From the NCBI GenBank assembly GCA_977018835.1, contig OZ361256.1, positions 5,084,001-5,148,000 of the forward strand: a stretch of 64,000 nt of DNA, given 5' to 3'. The position numbers and the translations under genes were made by a program. Numbering within the stretch: the stretch's first letter is position 1; each line of letters begins with the position of its first letter. Below, piece by piece: positions 34,056 to 45,471 of this stretch. The notes beneath the pieces are model-generated. The model made no database searches and had not been told where the DNA came from. It worked only from the letters and a program-made list of their open reading frames with translations. The DNA comes from Minutocellus sp. GHC0000111. Its lineage: Eukaryota.

Positions 34056-36245
34056 CTAAGCCTCATTGCCATCATCACTGGCAGTGGTGTCCTCCTCACT
34101 TCCATACTTGTCAACGTAGTCAGAGAGCTTGGCATCGGCATAACCAGTGCCGAGCTCTTCGTCAGCCACGAAGCAATGCAGGATGGTCTTGCTACACATA
34201 TCGAACACGGCCATGCACATTCCGGAAATGAAGAATGAAATCAGACCGATAAAGAACACCGGACCAACGGGGGAGTACAGCTGATCACCATAGGTCTCCT
34301 CAATAGCAATATATCCGACGCCACAGGTGACTGCAGTGATGAAGAGCCTTCCTACGAAGCTGGTGAGCCCGGCCACGTACGAAATGGCAGCAATGCGACC
34401 CGAATTGCGTGCAATGAGGAAGAAGGCCTCCCTGGCACTTGTACAGAAACTGGTACCAAAGATGGCCGTCTGGATGTAGGCATTCTTGTTCATGAAGCGG
34501 ATGCACTTCTCAAAACACCACATGCAACACTGAAGGCAGCAGAGGATGGCCTGGATGACCTTGCTATCTGTCTTCTTGGCTTCCTTCTGCAACTTGGCAA
34601 GGAACGCACGGACCATCTTGACGAGGGCAACAATGAGCGCACCAAAGGCTGCGGTACCAAGGTGAAAACCGAGCGTATGCCAAAGGCTGGTCCAGACCGT
34701 ACCGCTACCGACCTTGCGCTTGTCACGCGCAAAGAACCACTTGGATACAGACATGGCAATGACGATCTCACCAACGGCAATGATGAATTGGGACGTCCAG
34801 AACAGACAGAATAGGAGATACCACGCCATGTTCTGAGTGGTTTGATCATAATCGAAATCGCGAACAGAAACCGTGTAACTGAAGGGACCAATATCGACCG
34901 AATACGTGCTGGAATCCAGAGTACCAAGGCTGGCAAGGTAGATGCCATAAATGAGAAATAGAACCATGAAGATGGCAAATCCGGCAGCCTGCACGACGGG
35001 GAACAGAATGATGAGAGGCATCGATCCCAGAGCCTTGCCCGTCTTCTTGACGCACTTCATCGATAGCCAGATTTGCTTCCGAAGGCAGCAGAATGTCAGA
35101 ATCAACAGCGCGCTGATCGCCCAGAGCACATAGGCGGCAATCGTCGCGGCCTGGATGTTGCTATCGGGATGAATCTGTGGCTCTGCGTTGGACCACTTGT
35201 CCGCCAGAGTGTAGGCATAATAACCGCAGTAGCCAAACGAGGCAATGGCCGCAGCAATACTTCCCCATACCATAAAGGGAAGTAGGCAGGGGATGCGCAG
35301 CAGATACGCGTAAAGCAGTCCAATGGCCAATGAGGCCCCGAAGCCAAAGCCAAGAACGTACAACTTGGCGGTCCACAGATCACCAAACAAGTTGTTCCAG
35401 AATTGCTCCGTGTTGTCATAAAAGGCCGCAATGTCCAAATCAGTGGCGCCGGTATCGTTGAAGAACAGGTCCGTCAAATCAGAGACACTGATCTCACTCA
35501 AATCGTCGGCGGTCCCGTTGAAGAAGGACGACGACGACAGGGACGTGACGTCGAAATCCGATCCGTCCTCGAGCTGCCTGCGGTCAATATCCCCACACTG
35601 ACCACCGTTGCTGCACCCGCCCTCCGAGCTGGTTTCGTTCTTGAGCTTGTCAATGGCATCCAAGTTGGGAACGCACCGCCAGAACAATTCGTACGTGTCC
35701 ACGGCGTAGTACGCAAAGCCAAAACCCTCGTTTATTCCAGGACTATGCCAACTGAGCGAAGCCGATCCAAAGGGGTAGCAGTAATCCAATCCGGTCCCAT
35801 CCCCCTCGCAGTACAGAACATTCTCCGAGGTGGAATAGTCGGCTACCTCCACAAAATTGGGTGGGAGGAAGGCATCCTCGGTCTGATGGACGCCACCGTA
35901 GCTCACGGCTGAGTAGACATCCACGAGCTCATCGGGGATGGCTGGACAGTCCTTGACGCAGACGCCACCAGAATAGGAATTGACATAGTACAGATACGGA
36001 TAGTCCGTCATGTCAATGTCACCGTAGTCGGTACCGCAGAGGTTGCCATCGTAATCCATGGGGTAGAGGACGAGTCGATAGTCGCCGTACAGGTAGGAGT
36101 AGACTCCGAGGCCGGTCATGGCCAACCAGGACAGCAACAGCAAGAGGGCACAGAAGATGTCGGTGCATTTCCGCTGAGCGACCGGACCGGCAAAGTCGGC
36201 CGGGGCGTGGAGCTTGTCGGTCCCCTCGGCCGAGCGGTGTGTCAT
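34056..36245 (-). CDS. Choline transporter-like protein (CTL/SLC44 family)
   Basis: RKCTDIFC, YPMDYDGNLCG, FHLGTAAFGALI, CLQCCMWCFEKCIRFMNKNAYIQTAIFGTSFCTSA; multiple TM helices. Confidence 0.93.
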   Translation of the reverse strand: MTHRSAEGTDKLHAPADFAGPVAQRKCTDIFCALLLLLSWLAMTGLGVYSYLYGDYRLVLYPMDYDGNLCGTDYGDIDMTDYPYLYYVNSYSGGVCVKDCPAIPDELVDVYSAVSYGGVHQTEDAFLPPNFVEVADYSTSENVLYCEGDGTGLDYCYPFGSASLSWHSPGINEGFGFAYYAVDTYELFWRCVPNLDAIDKLKNETSSEGGCSNGGQCGDIDRRQLEDGSDFDVTSLSSSSFFNGTADDLSEISVSDLTDLFFNDTGATDLDIAAFYDNTEQFWNNLFGDLWTAKLYVLGFGFGASLAIGLLYAYLLRIPCLLPFMVWGSIAAAIASFGYCGYYAYTLADKWSNAEPQIHPDSNIQAATIAAYVLWAISALLILTFCCLRKQIWLSMKCVKKTGKALGSMPLIILFPVVQAAGFAIFMVLFLIYGIYLASLGTLDSSTYSVDIGPFSYTVSVRDFDYDQTTQNMAWYLLFCLFWTSQFIIAVGEIVIAMSVSKWFFARDKRKVGSGTVWTSLWHTLGFHLGTAAFGALIVALVKMVRAFLAKLQKEAKKTDSKVIQAILCCLQCCMWCFEKCIRFMNKNAYIQTAIFGTSFCTSAREAFFLIARNSGRIAAISYVAGLTSFVGRLFITAVTCGVGYIAIEETYGDQLYSPVGPVFFIGLISFFISGMCMAVFDMCSKTILHCFVADEELGTGYADAKLSDYVDKYGSEEDTTASDDGNEA

Positions 36246-36571
36246 GGTGAACACGACAAAAAATCAAATCAAATCGTGGGAGCGGAGGATGACGACTCGA
36301 CGCTCTATTGAAATTCTTGTCTTCGCTCCTCCCGCAGCAAGACTGACAATTAGAGATACCGCCAAAGAGGAGATGGCCACTCGAGCACAGTTGGTAGAGC
36401 TGCACAGCGCCAGTCCCCTATGGCCGAAGTGCAACGCCGAGAGAGTAACGATACAGTCGTCCACGGAAAATGGTTTTGACTGCCGAAAATAAAAGTCAAC
36501 TCGACCCACTCGACTCAGCAACTCGGTTGAGCAAACCAGCAAACCCACCCACAATAAAAAAGAGAGCGACC

Positions 36572-37012
36572 ATGAGCAGTGGGTTTGGCCTTCGAGGCGG
36601 CATCGGCCGCTGCTACCCCTTCTGGGCGGAGTACAAGGAGTGCCTGGTGCGTATCTTCGTGTGATTATTGCTGGTGTCAGCGTTGGTGGGAACTCGGGAG
36701 GATAAATCGACGGTGGAAACATGTACCGTCGGACCTCCGGGACCACCACATACATGAGTGGTTGACGTCGGTGCATGGACTCCTCGTCCTTTTACGCTGA
36801 GCTGCTCATCTAACCCTTCTTTTTATTTCGCAACCCCCCTGCAGAAAACGGAGACTCAAAAGAACGGCGCCATCTGCCACCCGGCCCGGGAGGACTATTT
36901 CGAATGCCTCCACAACCGGAGGGAGCACGAAATCGTTCGGACGGTCAACGCCGAGGAGCAGAAGCAGAAGAACGCACCGGCACACGGCGGCGGTGACGGC
37001 GGGGGGCATTAA
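36572..37012 (+). CDS. NDUFS5: NADH dehydrogenase complex I 15-kDa subunit; intron 36647-36844
   Basis: [29 protein letters not shown]...[13 protein letters not shown], a twin CX9C pattern. Confidence 0.9.
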
Positions 37013-37439
37013 CGTGGTCGCTTGAATGGACATGTTGCGTGCTTCTGGGGCTGGTGCTGGTCATCGGGCAGAGAGAGGAAAATATTTAAAATGTCTGTCT
37101 GGTCGATGAGGCTATTGCTTGAGTTGGTCGGAGACAGGTCGGTCGGACGTGTAGCAGAGACCTGCCGCCGCCGATTGGTACCAGGCCATTTCGTCCCCAG
37201 TATTGTTCGCTCCATTTGCATTGATCGGACGCCCTTGAACGTTCAAGCCTAAAGCCGAATGTAAATTATATTCAAAACACATTTGACCTATGTTGCGAAT
37301 ACCTACGAGGGTGGCAGTTTTATACATACCGGTAGTAGCACCAATACTACGTAGTACCCAAACCCACCTTCCAAGCTGTGTCAGGGAGGATGGCATCCAA
37401 ATGGATGGTGCGTACAGTGACTCGGTGTCTTCTCAGACT

Positions 37440-38060
37440 TGACTCGACGTCATGATTGTTACCGGTACCATTGGGTCAGACACTTGAGGCGCCGTTCCAG
37501 CATCTCGCCGGCATCATCCCTACGTGTAACGCGGTACCGATTATTCAAGGAGACAAAGCCAGAACTCGGAAAAAATGCTGGTCACCTCAATGAATCACTC
37601 TCGAGACAAAAGTCGACCTGGTATAAAGAAAGAGGGGAAAATCTACACTACATCTAGCAAGCTACGTAATATGGAGACGAGGAGAAAAATAATGGAGAGC
37701 GGAACCGATATGACTTCCAAGATGTGGAGATTATACGGCGAAGAAGAGCCAAATCATCGGGAGGTCCATTCGAAAAGAAACACAAGGAGATCCAATGGTC
37801 CAACTTGACCAGACATACTCCTCCTACAAAGAAGGCACTCTCGGCCCATGCAACCTCAAGCATCTCTTGTCTTCACAAACAGCTCGCCAAGGCACCGGCA
37901 CAAGTGTTTCCATTCCAATTCAGCCTTTCCACGTCCTTGCAACACGCAACCCGATATATCAGTCTTTCCAACTGCGTTCCCAATCATCGCCCCAGAATTT
38001 CCATCATCTCCTCGTCTTCCACGTTCAAGAAAGAGTCAGCAACAGTCCAAAGATTTTGAG
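37440..38060 (+). pseudogene. Possible decayed non-LTR retroelement 3' fragment
   Basis: Broken short ORFs in shifting frames (e.g. RKIMESGTDMTSKMWRL) faintly resemble retroelement ORF2 C-termini. The evidence is weak. Confidence 0.2.
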
Positions 38061-38210
38061 AGCGAGATTTCACTTTCGTTCCACCTCGCTTCTCTCGGTT
38101 CTTTCAATTTTTGTTTTGGTATTAGTTATTTACTTATAAGTACACATCAGCGCAGCGCCGTTCAACGACAAAACCCGAATAGAATAGAAAGGAACACAAG
38201 CCAAATTCAT

Positions 38211-38801
38211 TTAGAACTTGGTAAGGTCCAGACCGAACTTCTTGGCAGCGGCATCAACACTTCCGTACTTGGTGACAGTCTTCATTCCCTTGGTGGAGAG
38301 GCGAAGCTTGACGTTGCGGCCGAGCTCGTCGGAGAAGTATCGCTTGGTCTGGAGGTTGACGTGCTGGACCTTCTTGTTGCGCTTGTGGGAGAAGGTAACG
38401 ACGCGGGCCTGACGGTTGGGACGCTTGCCGAGGAGGTCGCAGACACGGGCACGCATCTCCATGTTGGAGCGGGACGACCGTTGGGCGGTCTGTCGCGTCG
38501 AGGCAGAGATTGTGAGCGCAGGGAAAGAAAGAATTGAAAGTGAGATGATGAATAAGTCGATGCACGAGAACCACAGCCAACAGCCAACAGCAACCGCCCA
38601 CCATCCCAGCCCCCATCCCATCACCCATCCCACAGCAGTGAGTGAGTCACCAACGGGTTATGAGCGCACCAAAGCCATCATGGGTCAATACCCCTCCGAT
38701 TGCATCCAATCTCTCACCTGCCGGGCACCAGCCTGGAGAGGAGTTCCGGTGAAGAAGGCGGCGGCCGAAGCCAGCATGCAGAGGAGCAAGAAGGCACGCA
38801 T
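38211..38801 (-). CDS. rpl28: Nucleus-encoded plastid 50S ribosomal protein L28; intron 38490-38717
   Basis: Exon 1 MRAFLLLCMLASAAAFF... (signal peptide plus AF motif). Exon 2 ARVCDLLGK...VTFSHKRNKKVQHVNLQ...VKLRLSTKGMKT. Confidence 0.93.
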
Positions 38802-39036
38802 GGTTGAGTTATTCGTCGTACGATACCACGTGATGTGTCCTTTTCGGTGGAGCGCCTGCGTTTTTGCGTTGGTTGGTCCCGTCGTACGTCAGTGCTGACC
38901 TTTTGCGTCAGGATGGCGCATCGGAAAGTGCATCGACATACGTACATGTAAACCAAAATGCGTTCGCACGAACTGAGACTGCACCGCGCGCGCACCCAGC
39001 CAACCAATTCCAACCACAATCATAATAACGGCAACC

Positions 39037-40731
39037 ATGAGATGCTCCCGGCTCACCGCCGCGAGCGGATCCCTACTTCTGGTCTTTCCTCATGTAGCTA
39101 ACGCATTCAATCCATCTGGCGCCTCGTCATTGTCTTTTCGGTCCGCCAAACAACGAGAGCAGCACATCACGTGTCGGTTTTCATCGGAACCACCTCAACT
39201 GCATCAAAAGAAAAAGGACGCATCTCCAAGAGGGAAAAAGAAGAGGAAAAGCAAGAACCAAAATAGCGACAACAAAGAAATATCATGGCTAAAGTGGATG
39301 GATGCGCGCCTAGAAGAGATTCCCGTCGGATGTCTCTCAAACAAGGTGATGAAACAGATTTTGCCAATAATGAATATCTATGCCAAGAAACGCAGTACGA
39401 AAGGAGCTGAGAATGCCAAGAGACTCCTCGGCCGGCTGCTCGAGGAGGTTGAGGGAGGGAACGAGGACGCCAGGCAAATACTCAGTACCAAGCTATGCAA
39501 CACTGTTTTATCTGCCTGGGCCAAAAGCGGCGATACAATTGCAAACGCGGAGGCAACCAAGCTGCTAATATGGATGAACAAAACAAGTAGAGAGAGACCG
39601 GACTTGAATATCAAACCCAACACGCGCAGCTTTTCTACGGTGATTGACTGCTGGGCCAAGAGTGGTGTTGAGGATGCCGCCAACAAAGCCGAGAAGATAC
39701 TTGCTCTCATGGAGAAGGAGGACTCTGACGCCCATCCGAACACTATCTCGTTCAACAGCGTCATCAATGCACACTCCAAATCTCGGAGCATGGACAAAGC
39801 AGTCAGGGCCGAGGCATTGGTGAATCGAATGGAAGAGTTGTACCAAGCTGGAAATCTCGATGTCAAGCCAGATGTTTGGACCTACCAGAGCTTACTTTCT
39901 ACTTGGTCGACCTCCAGAGTTTACGGCGCACCACAGCGGTGTGAAGAGATTCTCGAAATGATGGATGATAAGTACAAGGCGGGAGATGAGGGCTTAAAAC
40001 CTAATGGCCACTGTTTCACTGCCGCCATCAACGCCTGGAGCAAAAGCCTCGAGAAAGATAAGGCACGGAGTGTATACAGGATATTGCAACACATGAATAA
40101 GCTGTACGTCGAGGGCAATGTGGACGTAAAGCCAAATGTTCAATCCTACACAGCCGCACTGAACGGATGCGCACATCCCGAAGCCGAGGAAGACGAATCG
40201 GAGCTTCGCCAATACTTTGATATTGCAACACTGATATTAGAGGAGTTGCGAATGTCTGGTTTGGGCAAACCCACCTATCTCACCTACGCCACGTTTCTGC
40301 AAGTATGTGCCAATTGCCTCTCGGATGGGGACGAACAGACTCGGGTGGTTCGTCGAACTTTTGATGAATGCAAAAGAGATGGGCAGGTGGGCGATGCCGT
40401 ACTACAAAGGTTGAGGACGCACTTTCCAGAGCTATACAGTGAGCTTTTAGCTGAGTACATTGAGAAATATGACCAGGCCGACTTCCGATCCAAGGACCTA
40501 CCAAAAGACTGGAGACGTAACGTGTCAGGTGAGCGGAAAATGCTCCCCCAAACGAAACGAGATGAGAACGCAAAAGTCGAGAGAAGTTCTATTTCAAAAC
40601 TCAAGTCAATCGGACGCTCACGAGGAGCGAGAGGGTCCTACAGCCAGGAAATGGCAAGTAAAATGCCGAAAGAGAAAAAAGAATCCCCGTTCGAAGGATT
40701 GGAGGGAGAAGTGATGATTACATTAGACTAA
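39037..40731 (+). CDS. Pentatricopeptide repeat protein, probably plastid-targeted
   Basis: Repeats PNTRSFSTVIDCWAK, PNTISFNSVINAHSK, PDVWTYQSLLSTWS, PNVQSYTAALNGCA; N-terminal signal ending VANAF. Confidence 0.92.
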   Translation: MRCSRLTAASGSLLLVFPHVANAFNPSGASSLSFRSAKQREQHITCRFSSEPPQLHQKKKDASPRGKKKRKSKNQNSDNKEISWLKWMDARLEEIPVGCLSNKVMKQILPIMNIYAKKRSTKGAENAKRLLGRLLEEVEGGNEDARQILSTKLCNTVLSAWAKSGDTIANAEATKLLIWMNKTSRERPDLNIKPNTRSFSTVIDCWAKSGVEDAANKAEKILALMEKEDSDAHPNTISFNSVINAHSKSRSMDKAVRAEALVNRMEELYQAGNLDVKPDVWTYQSLLSTWSTSRVYGAPQRCEEILEMMDDKYKAGDEGLKPNGHCFTAAINAWSKSLEKDKARSVYRILQHMNKLYVEGNVDVKPNVQSYTAALNGCAHPEAEEDESELRQYFDIATLILEELRMSGLGKPTYLTYATFLQVCANCLSDGDEQTRVVRRTFDECKRDGQVGDAVLQRLRTHFPELYSELLAEYIEKYDQADFRSKDLPKDWRRNVSGERKMLPQTKRDENAKVERSSISKLKSIGRSRGARGSYSQEMASKMPKEKKESPFEGLEGEVMITLD

Positions 40732-41004
40732 AGTTGTACCGCAATTACATAGGAGGGCATACAAAAGAGAGTATAAAATTCACAGATATCTCGACGATGC
40801 TGAAAATTGTCTATCAAATAATTTTTTTTTGGATAGAAAATCATTTTAACACATCTGCTTGCGTTTTGCTGTGTTAAATATATGGTTATTAAATTATTAC
40901 ATGCATAGGAAGACAAATTATGATGCCCCTTGGGCATTTCATTCGATACTGAACAACACTCATCAACCTGCAGACGAGCCCAGTGCAAAGTCATGTAAGA
41001 GTCA

Positions 41005-42025
41005 TCATTGTATTGTGCAGCTAGTGCTACCATCTTCATTCTCTGTCAGAACGCCACACCCCGCAAGTGGATCGCACATACCACCAGTAGAGGACTCCGC
41101 GGGAGAGGTTACATGTCCAGCGTCATCAGCAAGGATGGTGTCATCAAGGGCAGTGCCATTCGCACCGCCGTCTCCACTCATCATCGAATCGTCTGGCATA
41201 CCGCCTGATCGAATGGCGCTACTCGCCCCGTTAGCGGTGGCCCCGGGTGTTACTGGTATGTCACGATTGGTTTTGATCAAGCCCTTCCGTGCATGCTCTC
41301 GAAATCTCAATACCCGCTCCGAAACTCGTCGGAACAGATCGTTCACATTGTCATTGGTCTTGGCGCTCGTGTCGACATAAATCGCACCCAGGGCAGCCGC
41401 CAGCTCTTCCGCCTCCTTCGCTGGAACGAGCGATTCCGCATCTGTAAATGGTATCAAATCGTTCTTCGTAGCCGCAATCGCAAGGACGATGGAACCGGCA
41501 GGTACATTCTTATGCAGTTCCTCCAACCATTCCCTCATTACGTCAAAACTTTTCCGGCATGTCGAGTCATAACAGATGATCGCCGCGGCAGCATTCCTGT
41601 AGTACATGGGAGCCATGGCCCGAAATTGCTCCTGCCCCGCCGTGTCCCATATTTGTACCTTGCATGTTATGCCATTGGACGTTTGTATCCGCTTGGTAAT
41701 GAAGAAGGCTCCGACAGTGGCCGATCGTCCGGCGTCCCGATAGTATCCCTCGGCAAAACGAAGCACCAATGATGTCTTGCCGGCATTGGTATCACCGAGC
41801 ATTACCACCTTTGGATGATTGCGACGAACCAAAATAGTTTCGAATGAATCATTTTTATCCACGGCGAGGAGTTATTGATTACCATTGGAAAATAATCAAT
41901 GGAAGAGGTTAGCAAAGTTCGGGTCTTGATGAAAAAATATGGTTGAAGTGATGGAAATCGAGGAGACAAAAAGAATCGACTCAACTCACCTTGAACTCGG
42001 CTTGCGGCAGCTCCACGTGCGGCAT
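41005..42025 (-). CDS. Rab GTPase (Rab5/22-like subgroup); intron 41809-41989
   Basis: MPHVELPQAEFK|VVMLGDTNAGKTS, TVGAFF, WDTAGQEQFRAMAPMYYRNA, TSAK; C-terminal CTIQ. Confidence 0.9.
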
Positions 42026-42736
42026 GATTGGAACCACTGTTTTGTCCTAGTAATATAAGAGAGATATAGTAGATTTATCCTGTCCAATGCAGCCAGGTCT
42101 GAACGTAAAGCAGCAACAATGCCGGCGCAGAACAGGCATGTCAGCGTGCCATTGCCATATGGTTGGCTTGCGGCGGCGGTCCCGCGAGCGAGCGAGCAGG
42201 CCGGCCACGACGATGTTGCTTGATGATGACATGATGACTGAGTGGCGCTTCTTCTTGCTTTTGTCTGACTGATTTGATCATCGGAAGATACATGTACGAG
42301 AGGCCTACTAGTCCAGCTACGTAGTAGACTCTCTACTAGAGACTAGCTAGCAAGATGTACCGGTACAAGTGCTTCGCTGGTTTTTGGCTTTAATAAAGGG
42401 TTACCTCACAGCAAGCTGTGCAAAAAACCGCGCCGCCATCGCATGAAGAGGGTAAATGCTCTGCACTGCACAACAAATGAATTTGTCAATGCTTTGGACG
42501 AGGGCATGTATGTTGGTAATCCCAGTATCGATACTTCCAAACCTCAGTGTCCACTGCAAATGCCCGCATCTGCTGCAACCATTCGTCGATTCGATTCGAT
42601 TCAGTCAAGGTCGCCCGCCTATGGGTGCATCGGTGCATGGGACTGCCCCCCATTCTTCCACTGGTGCTGTACTCCGCTCCTGCATAGCTAAATTTAGCCA
42701 CGTTGCACCACTCATACCCCACCCTTCTCTATATAT

Positions 42737-43165
42737 CTACCCAATATTCTGCACAACCGAGTCCAGTGGCTCAGCTCGGACCGAGGAAAGGCCGACACTG
42801 GCCTCCATCTCCTCATCCCTATCCGATATTATTGCCACGTTGTCTCCCCTGATGACGTACAGTCCCAATGGCACAGTCTCCGGATCGGCATCAGGACTGT
42901 ACACCCGCTCTGAGGCCTCTTTTAGTATGAGATTCTGAAGCTGGTCATAACCCGCCAATGCACCAACTATTGATCGACCGTCACAAGTAATGACACAGAC
43001 TTGCTCTGTTGTGGATGGAAGAGCGAAAACAGCGAGGATAGGATATTAGCACATGATATGCCACACTTGGGGACCAGCGCTTCCCGCGCTGATTATATCA
43101 CACAATCACAACAAAGGAAGGAAACACAACTTACTATCCTTCCATTCCGAAAGCGTCGAAGCCAT
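42737..43165 (-). CDS. LSM8: U6 snRNA-associated Sm-like protein LSm8; intron 43006-43134
   Basis: MASTLSEWKD|KQVCVITCDGRSIVGALAGYDQLQNLIL...ERVYS...VPLGLYVIRGDNVAII. Confidence 0.92.
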
Positions 43166-43772
43166 GTTTGAAACTCAGTTGTTTAAGTATCAGGTCGCTA
43201 TGTACTCCCTCGTTGTGCTCTTTGCACTGGCGAACGGGTAGTCTCAGTATCCGCTCAGCTGCTACCGACTTGCACGCGATTTCCCCACCGCGCACTGCAA
43301 CCTTTATCAAAAGAAAATAGATATGTGAGCTACGAGTACACTGCAAAGTCTATGCGACGAGCCAAACTGAGCGTGCTGTGCTGTCCCCAGACTCCGTGGG
43401 ATCTTGTGGACGGGGGCGGTCGGCCCCCGGGCGGGCATGCTCTTGAGGTTCTCTGTGGGTATCTCGGAGGAGTGATGTGAAAAATAACAACTTTGCGTCG
43501 ACGTCAACAACGCCGGCCCATGGCCACAACTTTCAAAGTCAGGCCATCGTCAACGCCCGGAACGTCGACGGTCGTCCGTAACACCAGCTCCAGCGCCCCA
43601 GATCGCATTGTTTCACACAGCATCGGAGACCCGAAAACAAAAGGAAGTAGCAGGCAGGGAGTCGAATCTGTGCGATTCTTACTCTACACACCGAACGAGC
43701 TCTGAGCACAAGCTGGTAGGCAATCAGACAAAGCGACGTCACTTCTGACCAACGACATAAAAGCAGCCAATC

Positions 43773-44466
43773 ATGATTGAGGTAGTGCTCAACGACAGGT
43801 TGGGCAAGAAGATTCGGGTGAAATGCAACGAAGATGATACCATTGGTGATTTGAAGAAGCTGGCAGCTGCCCAACTGGGTACTCGACCTGAGAAGCTGAA
43901 AATTCAAAAATGGTGCGTGCTAACATGAATGATGAAGCAAGCCGGGAAAGGTATCGCTCGTCACGGTTGCCCAATTGTCGAGAAAGAGATAGGATGACGA
44001 CGGAAAGATTAATATACTTTGCTTGAACGACGGTGGTATTGAAATGCATAGAGATGTTGAGAGTATATCTGTTTGCATCTTGCATTTGTGCTTGGCAAAA
44101 AATACAATTGGTCGCTATATTTTTCCATTTCTTTCACTAACCCTCAATGAATGCATTAACTTGTCTGACTCAACGCAACAGGTATACAAATTACAAAGAC
44201 CATATTACACTAGAGGACTATGAGATACATGACGGCATGGGGCTAGAACTGTGAGTGCAACTTCAAGTTAGTTGAGATGAAAACTATGGCAGAGTGATTA
44301 TTATTTTTAGCTACATATTTTGAGATTTTGAGCTTTTCTCCCAATCAATCGTCTTGTTTCGCCTCCCAAAGCACCAGCAACACACCACAACTTTTTTGCA
44401 ATAACCTCTCACCCTTTGTTGTATCGTTTCGTGACCTCGTGCAAATATGACAGGTACTACTTGTAA
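43773..44466 (+). CDS. UBL5: Ubiquitin-like protein 5 (Hub1); introns 43913-44181 and 44251-44453
   Basis: [30 protein letters not shown]...[28 protein letters not shown]. Not in the ORF track because of the introns. Confidence 0.96.
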
Positions 44467-45000
44467 TGAAACGCGACGTGTAAGCAAATATATTATTATT
44501 GTTTATATAAAAGATTTCATATCGTTATTCACCGCAAGCTAGCTAGCCATAGTAGGTGGTTATCCAGCGTAGATCTAAATCAGATTGCCAGATTGAATTC
44601 TATTGGACATGACATGATTGCATTACTCGACTAGCTAACTAATAATGCACGCAGAGTCAAACTCCTGGGTTGGGAGATGCAGATACAGCGTTGTAAGCTG
44701 AATGCTCTGCTCCCCCTTGAATGTCAGACTTCAAATATGTAGCTAGCAGCTTCGGCGACACCACAGCTGGCCCAGCCACATAATTTGCATTCGCCAAAGC
44801 AAGAAGCCCTTTCGCTCGAAACAACTCGAGTGGAGTCGAGTCGGTTTGCAATGTTTCGTAGCATACCGGCACGGTCAAGGCGCACCCTCCACGCTTACAA
44901 GCATTGCAAGCAGCGTCTACTGGGCTACAAACACCAGCCAGCCAGCGTTCACAAATAATCCATCTCAACACTACAGGTCACATCTCACAAAGAATTAAGC

Positions 45001-45231
45001 TCATCGGGATGGTGGCAGCTTGGAAACGAGCTGCCGAATCTCTCCATCTACTCTCGCTTGAACCGTCGATCGATTGTCGGCCACGAAGAAGGCGGCGCCC
45101 GAGGAGAGCTGGTAGTGCACCGGACCTTTCGAGGTTTCCAGCTCCGACTTGGCCACACGGAGAGCTTGAAGTCTCGCCTCGGCTGCTGCCTCGTCCATCT
45201 CCTTGCTCTTGCCACCGGTGGAGGGCATCAT
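45001..45231 (-). CDS. Small prefoldin-like protein resembling ASDURF
   Basis: 76 aa: coiled coil, then ELETSKGPVHYQLSSGAAFFVADNR, then a helix. By recollection this resembles the EL..LK....VY.......IFFLADR core of ASDURF. Confidence 0.55.
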   Translation of the reverse strand: MMPSTGGKSKEMDEAAAEARLQALRVAKSELETSKGPVHYQLSSGAAFFVADNRSTVQARVDGEIRQLVSKLPPSR

Positions 45232-45471
45232 CTTTAGCTCTTACTTGCCTCGGCTGAGCAAAGTTTGCTGTAAGTAAGTAACCTGTGTTGTCAGTCAGTT
45301 GCAAGGCAAGGCGGAAATGAAACACGACGGTCAGACGAGCGAGTTTGGCGGGCGCGGGAAAGAGGCGAGGCAGGCTCGCACCCTCATCTCCCGGTTCAAA
45401 CAACTTCGTCACATGCTTGAATAGCAGCAGCCTATCGCTTGCATTGCTTAGTGGATAGGGCACAAGTAACA

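Noticed and set aside
36376..36450. GAGCACAGTTGGTAGAGC resembling a tRNA D-arm/A box
   Set aside because: No T-loop (GTTCRA), anticodon arm or acceptor stem can be formed.
2005..45231. LST8, ZNHIT2-like and ASDURF-like as an R2TP/PAQosome-related cluster
   Set aside because: Spread over 43 kb among unrelated genes; chance is sufficient.
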